The position numbers were made by a program, and so were the translations under genes. This document shows positions 62,125-64,000 of a stretch of DNA of 64,000 nucleotides, piece after piece. How positions within the stretch are numbered: position 1 is the first letter of the stretch; every line of letters begins with the position of its first letter. A model generated the notes under the pieces. That model ran no database searches and was not told the origin of the DNA. It saw only the letters and a list, made by a program, of their open reading frames with translations. The DNA lies in the NCBI RefSeq assembly GCF_018977255.1, contig NW_024704743.1:115136001-115200000 (forward strand), in the 5' to 3' direction. The DNA comes from Callorhinchus milii (lineage: Eukaryota).

Positions 62125-62596
62125 CTCTGCCACTCGGTTGCCAGACTCCGCCACTGTCTAGCTCCCCATCCCCAGAGGATCGAGTTCAAGATCCTCATCC
62201 TCACTTTTAAGGCCATCCATGGCCTTGCCCCCTCCTACTTCTCTGACCTGCTGACTCCCTACCAACCTGCCTGCTCCCTCCGTTCAGTGAGCTCCGGCCT
62301 GCTCCATATCTCCCGCCTGGCCTGCTCTACCATCGGTGGCCGGGCTTTCAGCCTCTCTGCCCCCACACTCTGGAACTCCATCCCATGATCCCGGCGCCTC
62401 GCTTCCTCCCTTGCCTCCTTAAAGGCTGGTCTCAAGACTCTTCTCTTCGACCCTACCTTTGGTCTTCCTCTCACCTTCCCTCACCCCTACACTTCCCCTC
62501 CCCCATGCTTGGGCCCCGACATCTGACTGTTCAGCGCTTTGGGACGTCCTCCCGACGTGAAAGGCGCTCTATAAATGTAATTTTGTTGCTGTTGTT
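62125..62596 (+). mobile_element. L2 3' fragment
   Basis: QRIEFKILILTFKAIHGLAPSYFSDLLTPYQP...TIGGRAFSLSAPTLWNSIP; tail agcgctttgggacgtcctcccgacgtgaaaggcgct and (ttg)n. Confidence 0.88.
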
Positions 62597-62872
62597 GAAG
62601 GCTTCCACCATAGGGAGTCTTATGTTGCCCTCTTTGTCTCATCTTTCTCATTCTCCTCACTTTTGGGTGTCACTTGCAAGATTGATCACACCTGCTACGA
62701 TATCTCGGCTTCATGACTCTAGTCTTTCTTTCACCAATCTTTTGTGGACGAACTGCATCCTTGAAAATGTTTGATAATTTTTCACCTTTTATAGTTTATG
62801 GTACTTTATGACACTGGGTAGTTACGCTTTTGTTCTGTGCCACAACATTGCATTGGAAGATGTTGCTTCCTT

Positions 62873-63133
62873 GGGCGAAACCTTGGGCAAGTTTCCTTAC
62901 TCCACACAGAGCCTAATAATAATCCCTCCAAAACCAAAAACAATAATAAATTGGTCATTTTCAATCTACGACTGTTTGTGGGACATTGCTGTGCGCAATT
63001 GGCTGCCGCGTTCACCCACAAATATACAGTCAATTCACTTTACAGTGTGTTCTGTGAAGCGCTTTGGGACGTCCTCCCGACGTGAAAAGCGCTATATCAA
63101 GTGCAAGGATTATTATTATTATTATATTATTAT
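62873..63133 (+). mobile_element. tRNA-Ala-family SINE, short subfamily, headless
   Basis: Nearly identical to 22074-22327. Confidence 0.85.
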
Positions 63134-63286
63134 TGCTGCTCACATTACTTGCACATGATAAACCTTCTGTACTTTCCTTATAAGTTGTGCCAATAGAAAA
63201 GTGTAGCCGTAATTTTTCTGCAGAATCGGCCATAAACAGCCACCTCCGCTACAAACCCATGAAACAGTCTTGATTACGGCTGTTTA

Positions 63287-63480
63287 TAATAATAATAATC
63301 CTTGCATTTGATATAGTACTTTTCACTATGACCAATTTATTATTGTTTTTGGTTTTGGAGGGATTATTATTAGGCTCTGTGTGGAGTAAGGAAACCAAGG
63401 TTTCGCCCTCTGCCTGGAATTGAACTCAGGTCTCTCGCTTGCAAAGCGAGTGCTCTAACCACTGAGCTACAGGACTCCAC
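63287..63480 (-). mobile_element. tRNA-Ala-headed SINE, short subfamily, internally deleted
   Basis: Intact head at 63480-63410 (minus strand); Deu block missing; tail at 63287-63325. Confidence 0.8.
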
Positions 63481-63747
63481 CGCAACTGTGGGTGGGAGGC
63501 TCTGGACGTGCATACAGGGTGCAGCGCAAGTGGGAAATGGCTTCGCTCCACTCTGAAGGAGATACATACTCAAGCGCTCTGAGATGCCGTCCGGCGTGGA
63601 GGACGTTATATAAATCCAAGCTGTTGTTGAAGTTGTTCTTGTTGAAACCCCGCTGTTGGGATTGTCTGTGAGTGTGTGTCTCTCTGTGCTTGTAAGTGTC
63701 TGTGTAAGTGTGTGTGTCTCTCCTCTGTATGTGTTTGTGGATCTCTG

Positions 63748-63925
63748 TGGAGACAAAGTGTAGACGGTGTGAGAGGTAGGATCTGAACCACTCAAGGACA
63801 GAACCATGAAAGTTGAGGTGAGAGGAGAGGCGGTGGGGGAGGATAGAGTGGTCAACGGTATCAAAGGCATCAGAGAGGTCAAGAAGGATGAGGAGACAGA
63901 GGAGGACGAGGGGACAGAGTGACCA
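63748..63925 (-). mobile_element. L2 reverse-transcriptase fragment embedded in (TG)/(TC) microsatellites
   Basis: Reverse frame [45 protein letters not shown] (RT motif LLDLSxAFDTVDH). Confidence 0.85.
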
Positions 63926-64000
63926 GGGCTCGCTCTCTCTCTATGTGTGTGTGTTTGTGTCTGTGTGGGCGTGTCACTCTAGTGTGCGTCTCTTTTGTAT

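Overview
Vertebrate genomic DNA, most likely from a cartilaginous fish (inferred from shark/chimaera-type Deu-domain SINEs, L2/CR1 LINEs and Penelope remnants together with an intact TRPN1 gene). Two intron-containing genes lie on the + strand. (1) A complete PTP4A3 (PRL-3 phosphatase) CDS in five exons (20150-20254, 24207-24299, 29304-29434, 29930-30004, 30950-31067; 522 nt = 173 aa), preceded by a long uORF-rich leader with a G-quadruplex motif and a C21 tract. (2) The first three coding exons of the ankyrin-spring mechanotransduction channel TRPN1/NOMPC (47422-47571, 52459-52560, 61845-61943), which continues beyond the window; an antisense LINE tail ends 16 nt before its start codon. The rest is dominated by retroposons (a tRNA-Ala-headed SINE, a SacSINE1-like Deu-SINE, L2 and CR1 fragments), a decayed hAT transposon with a matching MITE, a Penelope remnant with a degenerate hammerhead ribozyme, an unclassified ~400-bp repeat (six copies, two inverted around PTP4A3 coding exon 2), and several hairpins and templated inverted duplications. 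Repeat boundaries are approximate and family names were recognised by eye; no search was run.
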